A DNA stretch of 64,000 nucleotides from Mobula hypostoma (taxonomy: Eukaryota). Position 1 is the first letter of the stretch. The number at the start of each line of letters is the position of its first letter. The position numbers and the translations under genes were made by a program. The DNA is taken from positions 116,438,001 through 116,502,000 of the forward strand of contig NC_086107.1 in the NCBI RefSeq assembly GCF_963921235.1, read 5' to 3'. The notes below the pieces were generated by a model. That model was not told where the DNA came from, did not search any database, and saw only the letters and a list, made by a program, of their open reading frames with translations. Below are positions 1 through 54,851 of the stretch, piece by piece.

Positions 1-1358
1 TTGTGGTGACACAGGGGCAGCTGGCAGTGATGCAAGCTACAGTGCAGGCTATCGCTGACCTCCCAACCCCGACAGACAAGAGGGCCCTCAGAAGGCTTTT
101 GGAGATGGTGGGGTACTGCAGGAAGTTTTGCAATAACTCTGCGGTCAATACCCGTCCCCCTCCTACTAAGCCCTTGCGAGGGAAAATTGAGTCGGAATGG
201 GACGACCCTTGTTGTTGTGGTCCGGGACAAAACCAAATGAGAGGTTACATTGGTCGCAATTCATCAGTGTTTTTGGCCACTATGAAGTTTGCTGAGTTGG
301 AGCCTGGTCTAAGGGATTATTAATAACACGTGTAAAAGGAACAGAAAATGTGATGACTGTCTGTCAAGGTGTTGACAGCTTCAAATTCTCTGTATTAGCT
401 AAATAACTGTTAAAGATGTATATTGTGTATGTATCAGATAATGTAGTCATGTTTGTAATTTTTACCTCCCGGTAAAAATCCTTAAAGGGGGGAAGTGTTA
501 CGAGAATACACATAAAATTAAGATGTTTGCTGGCCTGGGCTAGCATCAGTGGCATCAGCAGTTGGTCTGCCACCTGCCCTCAGGGGAAGGAGAGATAAGG
601 AACAATGGAGCAGCGTCTGGGGATGTGTAATGAAGGGATGTGGGAGGAAGAGCTGTCTGGAGCGGCTCCCCCCTTTGAACCCTGAACTGTTTGAAGTGAT
701 GGACAGGCGATACCCCAGCAGGGGGATAAAAAGGGACAGGTTCGCTAAGACAGACACACACGCCACCCGAGGTAACGAGACCCTGGAAGCGGTGCGCTTC
801 TCACGAGTGGGTGAGAAGTACCGGACAACGCACAGGGTGGAAAGGTACGATCAGCGGGAACCCGGTGTGTGTCCGCCCTTGCCTGGGTGCCGGGTTCACT
901 GCAGAGGATCGACCGCATCTGGAGGAGGGGTCACAGTCGGTGACCTCAGGTGACATCACCAAGGACCCGCCCAAAAAGCTGTCTGTGAGCCATCTCACCG
1001 GTCTGTGAGTGAAGCTGTTCTGAATGATCAGTTGTTCCTATTCTATCTCTGTCTCTCTTCCCCCACCTTGTCCATCGCCATGGCAACGATTACTGCGAAC
1101 TGAACTACTAAACTGGACTGAACTTTGAGTCATTTTGAAATTGGTCATTTACCCCTAGACAACGATAGAGCTTGATTGATGCTGTTATCTTAATTCTGTG
1201 CACGTGTGTTTATCATCACTGAACTGTTGCATTTATTATCCTTTCGATTACTGTGTTGCTTGTTTCTGTAATAAAACTTTCTTAGTTCTAGTACTCCAGA
1301 CTCCAACTGAGTGATCCATTTCTGCTGGTTTGGCAACCCAGTTACGGGGTACGTAACA
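1..1358 (+). mobile_element. 3' part of a Gypsy/Ty3-type LTR retrotransposon: degenerate RT-thumb fragment, PPT and 3' LTR (496-1358)
   Basis: ORF 3-323 LPTPTDKRALRRLLEMVGYCRKF; purine tract aaaggggggaag at 484-495; LTR termini TGTTACG...CGTAACA; AATAAA at 1270. Confidence 0.85.
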
Positions 1359-2189
1359 GCAGTGAGACTGCATCCACTATAGACCAATCGTGGTCAGAGG
1401 CAAATTGCAGTGGGTTAGGACCTTGATCAGGAAGGAGTTGATTCTGGCTCTGACCATCCTCTCCAAGCACTTCATTACAGTAGATTGCGACTGGGTGATA
1501 GTCATTGAGGCAGCTCTCCTAACTAAAATCACTGTGATAGACCTGGGGTCTAGGACCTAGAGGTCAAACACGTAATCAGCAAGTCCCAAAGTCTGAAATT
1601 AGATGTCTGGGGTCAAAGACTGGAGGCCCGGAGGCAGTCTGTCCTCAGGTTGGACTGTGTCTGTGTGTTGTTCTGAATATTGTGGGCATGCTCTGTGGCC
1701 ACTGGAACGTGTGACACTTGCGGGAGGTTGGTCATTGACACTGAACAACATTTCACTGTGTGGATGTGAGATAAATATAGCTGAATCTGAATACCTCATC
1801 GTGGCAAGGTTAAGTATAACGGCAGGAGCTTCGAGACGGTGATTGGGAGAGGTTGTCAGGTTGAAAGGGAGTTGGTGGTGGGAGGTTTTCAAAAGTAAGA
1901 TGCAGTGGTCTGTCCCTGTTAGTGCTGAAGGGTAAAACTGACAGGATTGGGGGCCCTGGCTGATGAGGGATATTGAAGCTCTGGTCAAGAAGAAGACAGA
2001 TGGTATGAGTCAATATGCCCAAGGAAAGGAAGAGATGTAGGAGTATACTCGAGAGGACATCAGAGAGGGACATGAGATAGTTTTGACATTCCAGGTAAAA
2101 GTGAATCCAAAAAAAAATCCATTGGAATATGAATCAGCTTCAATATCAGTGCAATACGTACAGACTTTAAGTTACAATGAGAAATGATT

Positions 2190-2760
2190 TGATGGAGGCA
2201 GACGTGAGAGCATGGAGGAACATCTGGTGAAACTTCTGAAATGCCTGTTTCACTGCAGCGTGTGATCCAGAATCTCCGGAGGGGAAGGCCCTGAGTCCTC
2301 AGCTTTGCTTGTTGCTTGGCGGCCGGGGTGGGGTTGAAGCGCTCGGCAGAGATGGTGCGTCGGTGCTCGGTGTCAGGGGGCTGGTCGAGGCTCGAAGTTT
2401 TCGGACGGACTCAGAGTCGGCTGTGGTCGGGTGCTTCCAGGGTGCTGCATCACCAAGTTTGCGGTGCTGGAGGTTCATGGCAGGGAGAGTTTTTCCCTTC
2501 TACCGTCTGCGTGAGATGATGGGGCTATTGGGACTTTGAGACTTTTTTTTACCGTGCCCATGGTCTGCTCTTTATCAAATTATGGTATTGCTTTGCACTG
2601 CTGTAACTATATGTTATAATTATGTGGCTTTTGTCAGTTTTAGTCTTGGTCTGTCCTGTGTTTCTGTGATATCATTCTGGAGGAACATTGTATCATTTCT
2701 TAATGCATGCATTTCTAAACAATAAATGAGGACTGAGTGTCCTCATAGTCTAAAAAAAAG
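2190..2760 (+). mobile_element. Unclassified short interspersed/non-autonomous element
   Basis: CpG-containing block ending in AATAAA and an A-rich tail; family not recognised. Confidence 0.35.
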
Positions 2761-3480
2761 AGAAAAATAAATAGAGCAAAATGGTGATGCAGTGTTCATG
2801 AGTTCATGGATTGTTGAAAGATCTGACGGCAGAAGCTGTGTTTGAACTGCAGAGTCCTCCCTGATGGTAGTAATGAGAAGAGGCATGTCCCGAATGGTGA
2901 GGCTAGTTCATCATTGATGTTCCTTTTAAAGATGTCCTCAGTGGTGGGTGGGTTATGAATCTGATCCTGCAGTCGAGTGTGTAAAGCAGGAGCTGACGGC
3001 TGAGGGGAGTTGATGAAGGGGGATGCTGCCTCACACTTGGCGTTAATGGGGAATTGTCCTGTGGGGGTGTGCCTTATTCTGATGGTCGAGAGTCGTTTGC
3101 ATTGTGATTGGTTAGATTGGATGTCTGCCTGGCGTCTCGTGTCAAATGTCCTGGGTATGTAAAGTAGCACGTGGAAGGGGAAGCCTTGCTCCTTCCTTTG
3201 TTTAAGGCAAAGATGCACATGACCATTGCGACGGTATGCTCTGTGTGGACTATGCTTGTTGAATATTTAGCATTATATTGTTTGTAATCAGGGGAACATG
3301 AACGTTTGATCGAATTTTTACTGTTTGTAAATAAATGATTAATCTGCCCATTTCCTGCTTCACTTGCTGGACCCCAAACCTGAGTCACCATCACAGGAAT
3401 GTACTGAGCGATCAGGAGGGCAAATGGCCTCGACTAAGCAGTGTGGCGTTCTCACCCTCTCCGTCCCCTCCAGGTTGGCC

Positions 3481-45351
<41,871 letters not shown>

Positions 45352-45498
45352 CAGTGTCGGTTTCAGAAGCCCCCTCCCCCTGCAGGGTGGGGGGTGAGAG
45401 AAGAAGCAGCTTTCCTGCTGTACATCAGTAATGATGGCTTGTATCATAATGTTTTGTGTTGGAGGCTCTACCCAGCCTCTGTGTTTTACGCGCAATTT

Positions 45499-45504
45499 AA
45501 TAAA
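45499..45504 (+). terminator. KIF22 polyadenylation signal AATAAA
   Basis: About 150 nt after the stop codon, followed by a T-rich tract. Confidence 0.75.
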
Positions 45505-45641
45505 GGTTTTTTTGTACAACTCTAAAACAGCTGTGAGTCCTACACATCAGTCTCTGACTCTTCTTCCTCCCTTCCTGAGCTGCTCTCCTGTCTCCCCCGA
45601 TCAAAAACAGGACGCAGGACTCTGATACAAAAACAAACAAG

Positions 45642-45647
45642 TTTAAT
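45642..45647 (-). terminator. Poly(A) signal ATTAAA of the convergent minus-strand gene
   Basis: tttaat on the + strand; downstream on the - strand is GT/T-rich (ttgtttgtttttgt). Confidence 0.55.
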
Positions 45648-45829
45648 GGTTTTGACAGATTTTCACAGACCCTTCACTTGTTCCCACACCGACCACCTGC
45701 ACTCCTGCCCTCCCCACTATCCCATCTCTCCATGGGAACGCTCTGCGTGTATGGTAGAGAGGGCAGTGTGCTCAAAGAACCTCCCACTCCCCTACCCAGT
45801 CCCTGCCGTAATCAGACATGGCCCGACAC

Positions 45830-45888
45830 TCAGTCCGCCACAGGGGCCACATCCAGAGATTCTTCATACAGGACGACAGCCGAGGGAT
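45830..45888 (-). CDS. Putative last coding exon of an unidentified minus-strand gene (DPSAVVLYEESLDVAPVAD*)
   Basis: Strong acceptor cttccctcttctctctctcattacag; phase 1 continues the 59782-60225 exon to TGA; unique sequence followed by ATTAAA. Confidence 0.6.
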
Positions 45889-46049
45889 CTGTAATGAGAG
45901 AGAGAAGAGGGAAGCATGAGACCACAGCGAGGAAAAGCAGGGTGTTCGGCTTCACAGAGCACAAGAAGGCTGAAGATGTTCCCAATCAGAATAATTATCA
46001 CTGACAGATACCCTAAAGTTTGTAGTTTCTCGGCTGCAATCCATTGCAA

Positions 46050-46070
46050 GATATATATATATATATATAT
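46050..46070. repeat. (AT)n microsatellite
   Basis: atatatatatatatatatat. Confidence 0.9.
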
Positions 46071-49000
46071 AAAAGTTAAAGTTAGAATCAAACAGAATAA
46101 TGCAAAAAGAATTGTGAGCTACATTCATGAGGGAAGTACAGGTGGATATCTTTTTGGCTAAAAGATGCGGTGGAAAGAGTGGGCTTCAAGTTCCAAGGCA
46201 TCAGTATCTCAGGACAAACACAAGATTCTGCACATGCTGGAAGAAGGGTCTTGGCCTAAAACGTCGACTGTTTTTCCCCTCCATAGATGCTGCCTGACCT
46301 GCCAAGTTCCTCTGGCATTTTGTGTGTGTTACTCAAGGTCTCCGAGGACCTGTCCTGGCCCTAACTGATTAGTGCCTCTACTTTATTTGGGAGTTAAGAA
46401 CGTAGAATTCTATGTGATACTATTCTAAAATGTGCTGACCTTTTAATCTACAAGACCCTTCCACACACACACAATGCCTCCTTTTCTCGCATCAATGTGC
46501 TGTCCATGAGTCTCTTACATGTCCCTAGTGTATCTGCTTCTCACCACCACTCTCTGTAATAAAATGTCCCTAATGTATCTGCCTCTATCAGCACCCCTGG
46601 AAGGGTGTTCCAGACACCCACCACACTGTACAAAACCTCCCTCTTGACATCCCCTGTATATTTTCCTCCAATCACCTCAAAATTATTCCCTCTCCTGTCA
46701 GCCATTTCTGCCCTGCCCACTCTACCAATGCCTCATATTGTACCTCTCATCGCCCTTCAGACCATCTACCTGCAATCCAACTATAGCCCTCGATATTCCT
46801 CCCATCCATGTACCTATCCAAACTTTTAAATGTTACAACTCGTTTCACTCTCGCCTCACCCTCTGTGTGAAGGTTCCCCTTAAATATTTCACCTTTCACG
46901 TGATCTCAAGTTCTATTCCCACCCAACCGCAAAGGTAAAAGCCTGCTTGCATTTGCCCTATACCTCTCAATTTAGTATACCTTATGCCTGGACTGGATGT
47001 TGTGTAATGAACCAGAATTGGTTAGAGAGCTTAAGGTAAAGGAACCCTCAGTAGGCAGTGATCGTAATATGATAGAATTCACCCTGCAGCTGGAGGAGAA
47101 GCGAAAGTCAGGTGTATCAGTATTACAGTGGAGTAAAGGAAATTACAGAGTCCCGAGAGAAGAGCTGACAAAAGTTGATTGGAATGGGCCACCAGCAGGA
47201 ATGATGATAGAACAGCACTTACGGGAATTTCTGGGAGAATTTGGAAGGCACAGGATAGATACAAATAAAACAATAATATTCTAAAGGGAGGATGACGTGA
47301 CCAACTGACAAGGGAAGTAAAAAACAGCACAAAAACAATATAGCAAAAATTAGTGGTTAGCTTTTTTAAAAAAACAGAAGGCAACTAAAAATGCCATAAG
47401 GAGACAAAATGAAATATGAAGGTAAGCTAGCCAATAATATAAAAGATACCAAAAGTTTTTTTTCAGATACATAAAGACTATCAGAGAACCTATTATCTAA
47501 ATATAATTGCAAAGAAGGCATGATAGTCTACATCCTCAGAAGTCTGCCAGGATTTGGCATATCATCAAAACCCTTGGCAAACTTCTAGAGATGGTGTGGT
47601 TGAAAGTGTACTGACTGGCTGCATTACGGCCTGGTACAGGAACACCAATACCTTTTGAGTGGAAAATGCTACAAATGGTAGTGGAGTCAGCCCAGTACAT
47701 CACAGGCAAAATCCTCCCAACCATTGATTATATCTACATGAAATGTTGCTGTAGAAAAGCAGCATCCATCATCAAAGATCCTCACCACCCAGGCCATGCT
47801 CTCTTCTCGCAGCTGTCATCAGGTAGAAGGTACAGGAGCCTCAGGACTTACACCACCAGGTTCAAGAACAGTTGCTATCCTTCAACCATCGGGCTCTTGA
47901 ACAAAAGGGGATAACTACACTCATTCTATTTCTGGTGTTCCAACAACCAATGGTCTCACTGTAAGGACTCTTTACCTTGTTATTTATTGCTATTTATATT
48001 TGTATTTCCAGTTTGTTGTCCATTGATCCTGTTTAGTTATTCTGTAGGTTTGTGAAGTATGCCTGCTGAAAAGGAATCTCAGGGTTGTATGTGGTGACAT
48101 GTATGTACTTTGATAATAAAATTTACTTTGAAGGAGAGATGAGAGTAGATATCGGACCGCTGGAAAATTATGGAGGGGTAGTAAAGAGGGACAAAGAAAT
48201 AGCAGATAAACATAAGTAATTTGCATCAGTCTTCCCTGTGGAACATACCAGCAGTATTTCAAAAATTCAAAGGTGTGAGTGTCATTGCTATTACTAAGGA
48301 GAAGGTGCTTGGGAAACAGAAAGCTCACATGGACCAGATGAACTACACCCCAGGGTTCTGAAGGAGGTAGCTGAAGAGATCAGTAATGATCCTTCAAGAA
48401 TCACTAGATTCCGGAATAGTTCCGGAGGAGTAGGAAATTGCAAATATTGCTCCAGGCAGAAGAAAGGAAACTATAGGCCAGTTAGTCTGACCTCAGTGGT
48501 TGGGAAGATGTTGGAGTCCATTATTAAAGATGAGGTTTCAGACTATTTGGAGGCACACAGGCCAATGTCAACGTTGTTTCCTTTCAGGGGAATTTTGCCT
48601 GATTCTGAAGAAGGTGCCAATAAGTAGCAACGTTTTGTGTACAGCTCCGAAGGGGATCATCAAATATTCTGTTTATGGCTATTAACTCTTGTTATAAAGC
48701 TACTAAACATCATTTTAACATGTTTAAAAACTCCATCGATACTCCCGGGCTGCAGATTTGCGTCGTGGGTACAGTTCCCCTTTAAGAAATTGGAAGTGTG
48801 GAAGTGTGAAAGTGTGAAAGCACAGGTATGATTGAAACGCAGAGACTGTCAACTCCCAATCCTGTCTAACCTGCTGGTAAATGTACAGTCTCTGGAAGAC
48901 AAAACTGAAAACCTCAGAGAAAGATTGTACCAGAGAGACATCAGGAACTGTTATGTACTTTGCTTCACGGAAACATGGCTAACTGCCGCTATTTTGTACA

Positions 49001-50038
49001 CAAGAGCTGCAGCTCGATGGCTTACCTTTCACTGCAAAGACAGGACAGCTCAATCTTTTAGAGACAGAAGAGGTAGCATCTGCTTCATGCTTAACTCATC
49101 AAGGTGCATGGATGTGGCAGTTCTGTCTTAGTCCTGCTCACCCAACCTAAAACATCTAGCGGTTGAGTGTCATCCTGCTACGCAGTGGAAAACTCCCTCA
49201 GGCCAGTACTGGAGCAGCTGAGCAATGTAATCAGCAGGCACAAAACAGCGCAACAGGAAGCCAACACTTTGGAAATTTCGATCATCTGTCTCTACTACTC
49301 CCAGTATATAGGCAGAGACTAAAGACCTCAGTACCTGTGGTGAGGACCAAGAGGGTATGGTCAAGGGAAACAGTAACGCTTACAAGACTGCTTCGAGTCA
49401 GTGGACTGGACTATATCCAGGGATTCGTCTTCGAGTAAATGAAAATGCCACAGTTGTCACCAACTCAGATGGGTGTGTTCCATCAAGGACATACTGGACA
49501 CAACCAAATCAAAAGCTGTAGATGAACCAGGAGGTTCATAGTCTGCTGAGCGGTAGATCTGTGGCATTCAAGACCAGTGATCCAGACCTACACAAGAAGT
49601 CCAGGTGCACCTATGGAAGACTATTTTAAGGGTGAAAAAGCAATTCTAAATGAGGTTAGAGATGTAACTGGAAGCATGTCAGCTCAGCCAGTTTGCAGGC
49701 CATTACTTCCTACAAAGCGAAGCCTGACTTCATGAATGGCTGTGATGTTTCAGTCCCAGATCAGCTCAATGCCTTTTATGTACGTTTTGAAAAGGAGAAT
49801 TAAACTGCTCCTGTGCGAATCCCTGCAGCATCCGGTGACCCTGAGATCTCTGTCTCGGAGATCTGGTAGGGCACGGAATACCTGTGCCAACCAACTGGCA
49901 GGAGTGTTGAAGGGCATCGTCAATCCCTCACTGCTGCAGTCCAAGGTTCCACCTGCTTCAAAAAGGTGACATTCATACCAGTGCCCAAGAAGAGCAGGGT
50001 TAACTGCCCCAGTGACTATCACCCACATTTACTGTGAT

Positions 50039-51282
50039 ACATAGAAACATAGAAAATAGGTGCAGGAGTAGGCCATTCGGCCCTTTGAGCCTGCACCGCT
50101 ATTTATTATGATCATGGCTGATCATCCAACTCAGAACCCCGCCCCAGCCTTCCCTCCATACCCCCTGACCCCTGTAGCCACAAGGGCCATATCTAACTCC
50201 CTCTTAAACATAGCCAATGAACTGGCCTCAACAGTTTCCTGTGGCAGAGAATTCCACAGATTCACCACTCTCTGTGTGAAGAAGTTTTTCCTAACCTCGG
50301 TCCTAAAAGGCTTCCCCTCTATCCTCAAACTGTGACCCCTCGTTCTGGACTTCCCCAACATCGGGAACAATCTTCCTGCATCCAGCCTGTCCAATCCCTT
50401 TAGGATCTTATACGTTTCAATCAGATCCCCCCTCAATCTTCTAAATTCCAACGAGTACAAGCCCAGTTCATCCAGTCTTTCTTCATATGAAAGTCCTGCC
50501 ATCCCAGGAATCAATCTGGTGAACCTTCTTTGTACTCCCTCTATGGCAAAGATGTCTTTCCTCAGATTAGGGGACCAAAACTGCACACAATACTCCAGGT
50601 GTGGTCTCACCAAGGCCTTGTACAACTGCAGTAGTACCTCCCTGCTCCTGTACTCGAATCCTCTCGCTATAAATGCCAGCATACCATTTGCCTTTTTCAC
50701 CGCCTGCTGTACCTGCATGCCCACTTTCAATGACTGGTGTATAATGACACCCAGGTCTCGTTGCACCTCCCCTTTTCCTAATCGGCCACATTTCCTACTT
50801 TTGCCACCAAAGTGGATAACTTCACATTTATCCACATTAAATTGCATCTGCCATGAGTTTGCCCACTCACCCAACCTATCCAAGTCACCCTGCATCCTCT
50901 TAGCATCCTCCTCACTGCTAACACTGCCACCCAGCTTCGTGTCATCCGCAAACTTGGAGATGCTGCATTTAATTCCCTCATCCAAGTCATTAATATATAT
51001 TGTAAACAACTGGGGTCCCAGCACTGAGCCTTGCGGTACCCCACTAGTCACCGCCTGCCATTCTGAAAAGGTCCCGTTTATTCCCACTCTTTGCTTCCTG
51101 TCTGCTAACCAATTCTCTATCCACATCAAAACCTTACCCTCAATACCGTGTGCTTTAAGTTTGCACACTAATCTCCTGTGTGGGACCTTGTCAAAAGCCT
51201 TTTGAAAATCCAAATATACCACATCCACTGGTTCTCCCCTATCCACTCTACTAGTTACATCCTCAAAAAATTCTATGAGATT
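50039..51282 (-). mobile_element. Young 5'-truncated CR1 with an open 371-aa RT ORF (50131-51246)
   Basis: [18 protein letters not shown] and FADDTK; (TTTCTATG)n tail; splits the host at actgtgat|..atgaagtgctttgag. Confidence 0.92.
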
Positions 51283-53157
51283 TAATGAAGTGCTTTGAGA
51301 GTTTAGTTATGACCACAATCAACTCCTGCCTCAGCAAGGACCTGGAGCTACTGCAATTTGCCTCTGGCCACAATAGGTCTTCGGTGGATGCAATCTCACT
51401 GCCTGTTCACTTGGCCTTGGATCACCTATGTCAGGCTGCTGTTTATTGACTACAGCTCAGCATTCAACACTATCATACCCTCAGTTGAAATCACAAGGAT
51501 TCAAAACCTGGGCCTCTGTACCTCCCTCTGCACTAGATACTTCTTCACCAGGTGACCAGTCAGTGCGGATCAGAACTAACATCTTCTCATTAACAATCGT
51601 CACTGGAGCACCTCAGGGGCGTGTGCTTAGCCCACTGCTTTACTCTCTGCACATCCACAACTGTGTGGCTAGGCACAGCTCAAAAGCCATCTATAATGTT
51701 GCTCATGACACAACTATTGTTGGCAGAATTTCAGATGGTGACGAGGAGTGAGATAGATCAGCTGGTTGAGTGCTGTCACAACAACCACCTTGCACTCAGC
51801 GTCAGTGAGACCAAGGAATTAACTGTGCATTTCAAGGGGAAGTGAAAGTCGAGGCAATGCACACCAGTCCTCGTCAGGGGATCAGGAGTGAGGGCCTAAC
51901 GTATTGATGCAATTACAAAGAAGACATGACAGTGGCTATATTTCATCAGGAGTTAGAGGGGAGTTGGTACGTCACCAAAGACTCTCGCAAATTTCTACCA
52001 TGACATGCTGTGGGAGGATTCTAACTGGCTGCATCAGCATCTGGTATGAAAGGGCCACTGCACAGAAAAAAGCTGCAGGAAGTTGCACTCAGCAGCTCCA
52101 TCACGGGCACTGACCTCCCCAGCATCAAAGACGCCTTCAAAAAGAGATGCTCAAAAAGGCAGGACCCCATCATTGAAGACCCTCATCACCCAGGACAGGC
52201 CGTTGCAAAGTACAGGTGCCACCAAACAATTGTATACTGACCCCCAAAAAGTAGGAAGGATGTGGTCTACAACAGGACATAGAAAATGCATGCCAAGAGG
52301 GTAATGTTACAATACTCGCGGGACCTTTCCACATGCAGGTAGACTAGGAAATCAGGCTGGTGCTGAATTCCAAGAGGAGGAATTTCTAGGGTGCCTACGA
52401 GATGGTTTTTTAGAGCAGCTTGTGGTTGGGCCCATTAGGGGATCAGATGTTCTGAGCTGGGAGTTGTTCAATGAGCTGGAATGAAATAGAGAACTTAGAA
52501 AAGAACTCTTGGGGGCAAGTGATCATAATATGATTGAATTCACCCTGAAATTTGAGGAGGAGGAGCTAAAGTCAGATATGAGTAGCACAGTGGAGTAAAG
52601 GGAATTACAGAGGCGTGAGAGAGGAGTTGGCCAAAATTGATTAGAAAAGAACACTGGCAGGGATGATGGCACAGCAGCTGGTGTTTCTGGAAGCAACTTG
52701 GAAGATGTAGGATATGTAAATCACAAAACGAAAGAAGCATTCTAAAGGCAAGATGACACAACCATAGCTAACAAGGGAAGTCAAAACCAACATAAAAGAG
52801 GGCAATAAATAGAATATTAGAGTGAAGTTGGAGGATTGGGAAGCTTTTAAAAACCAACAGAAGGCAATTTTAAAAAAATCATCAAGGTAAAGATGGAATA
52901 TGAAAGTAAGCTAGCCATTAGTATTAAAGGATACCAAAAGTTCTTTCAGACGGTGTAAAAAGGGAATTGAAAGTGGATATTGGAGTGCTGGAAAATGATG
53001 CTGGAGATGGTAATGGGGGAACGAACAGAATAAATATTTTGCATCAGTCCTCACTGTGGAAGACAATAGCAATATGGTGGAAGTTCCAGATGCCAGGGAT
53101 CATAAACAGAGTGAAGTTACCATTACTAGGGAGAAGGTTCTGGAGAAACTGAAAGAA

Positions 53158-54851
53158 CCTTAGAAATTACCTTGGGTTACCCATATCCCTCTATTTTTCT
53201 AAGCTCCATGTACCTATCCAGGAGTCTCTTAAAAGACCCTGGCGTATCCACCTCCACCACCGTCGCCGGCAGCCCATTCCACGCACTCACCACTCTGTCT
53301 TTTAAAAAAAAACTTGCCCCTGACATCTCCTCTGTACCTGCTTCCAAACACCTTAAAACTGCCCTCTCGTGTTAGCCATTTCAGCCCTGGGGAAAAGCCT
53401 CTGACTATCCACTCAATCAATGCCTCTCATCATCTTATACACCTCTATCAGGTCACCTCTCATCCTCCGTCGCTCCAAGGAGAAAAGGCCGAGTTCACTC
53501 AACCTATTCTCATAAGGCATGCTCCCCAATCCAGGCAACATCCTTGTAAATCTCCTCTGCATCCTTTCTATGGTCTCCACATCCTTCCTGTAGTGAGGCG
53601 ACCAGAACTGAGCACAGTGCTCCAAGTGCGGTCTGACCAGGGTCCTATATAGCTGTAACATTACCTCTTGGCTCTTAAACACAATTCCACAATTAATGAA
53701 GGCCAATGTACCATATGCCTTCTTAACCACAGAGTCAACGTGCACAGCAGCTTTGAGTGTCCTATGGACTTGGACCCCAAGATCCCTCTGATCCTCCACA
53801 TTGCCAGGAGTCTTACTATTAATATTCTGCCATCATATTTGATCTACCAAAATGAACCACCTCACACTTATCTGGGTTGAACTCCATCTGCCACTTCTCA
53901 GCCCAATTTTGCATCCTATCAATGTCCCACTGTAACCTCTGACAGCCCTCCACACTATCCACAACACCTCCAACAGCAAATTTACTAACCCATCCCTCCA
54001 CTTCCGCATCCAGGTCATTTATAAAAATCATGAAGAGTAAGGGTTCCAGAACAGATCCCTGAGGCACACCACTGGTCACTGACCTCCATTCAGAATATGA
54101 CCCGTCTACAACCACTCTTTGCCTTCTGTGGGCAAGCCAGTTCTGGATCCACAAAGCAATGTCTCCTTGGATCCCATGCCTCCTTACTTTCTCAATAAGC
54201 TTTGCATGTACCTTATCAAATGGCTTGCTGAAATCCATATACACTACATCTACTGCTCTTCCTTCATCAATGTGTTTAGTCACATCCTCAAAAAATTCAA
54301 TCAGGCTCGTAAGGCACAACCTGCCTTTGACAAAGCCATGCTGACTATTCTTAATCATATTATGCCTCTCCAAATGTTCATAAATCCAGCCTCTCAGGAT
54401 CTTCTCCATCAAGTTACCAACCACTGAAGTAAGACTCACTGGTCTATAATTTCCTGGGCTATCTCTACTCCCTTTCTTGAATAAGGGAACAACATCTACA
54501 ACCCTCCAGAACCTCTCCCGTCCCCATTGATGATGCAAAGATCATTGCCAGAGGCTCAGCACTATCCTCCCTCGCCTCCCACAGTAGCCTGGGGTATATC
54601 TTGTCCGGTCCCGCTGACTTATCCAACTTGATGCTTTCCAAAAGCTCCAGCACATCCTCTTTCTTAATATCTACACGGTCAAGTTTTTCAGTCCGCTGTA
54701 AGTCATCCTTACAATCGCCAAGATCCTTTTCCATAGTGAATACTGAAGCAAAGTATTCATTAAGTACCTCTGCTCTCTCCTGTTTCCATACACACTTTTC
54801 CACCGTCACACTTGATTGGTCCTATTATGTCACGTCTTATCCTCTTGCTCT
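53158..54851 (-). mobile_element. CR1 RT fragment nested in a + strand CR1 (about 52200-55855)
   Basis: ORFs 53413-53799, 53819-54538 and 54465-54809. Confidence 0.88.

Noticed and set aside
3364..3480. Upstream in-frame start (TTG 3364 / ATG 3424) for KIF22
   Set aside because: 3449-3473 is a strong polypyrimidine tract plus CAG acceptor and ATG 3481 has a better Kozak context, so the extension is probably intronic.
50519..51205. 228-aa + strand ORF
   Set aside because: Antisense shadow of the CR1 RT frame.
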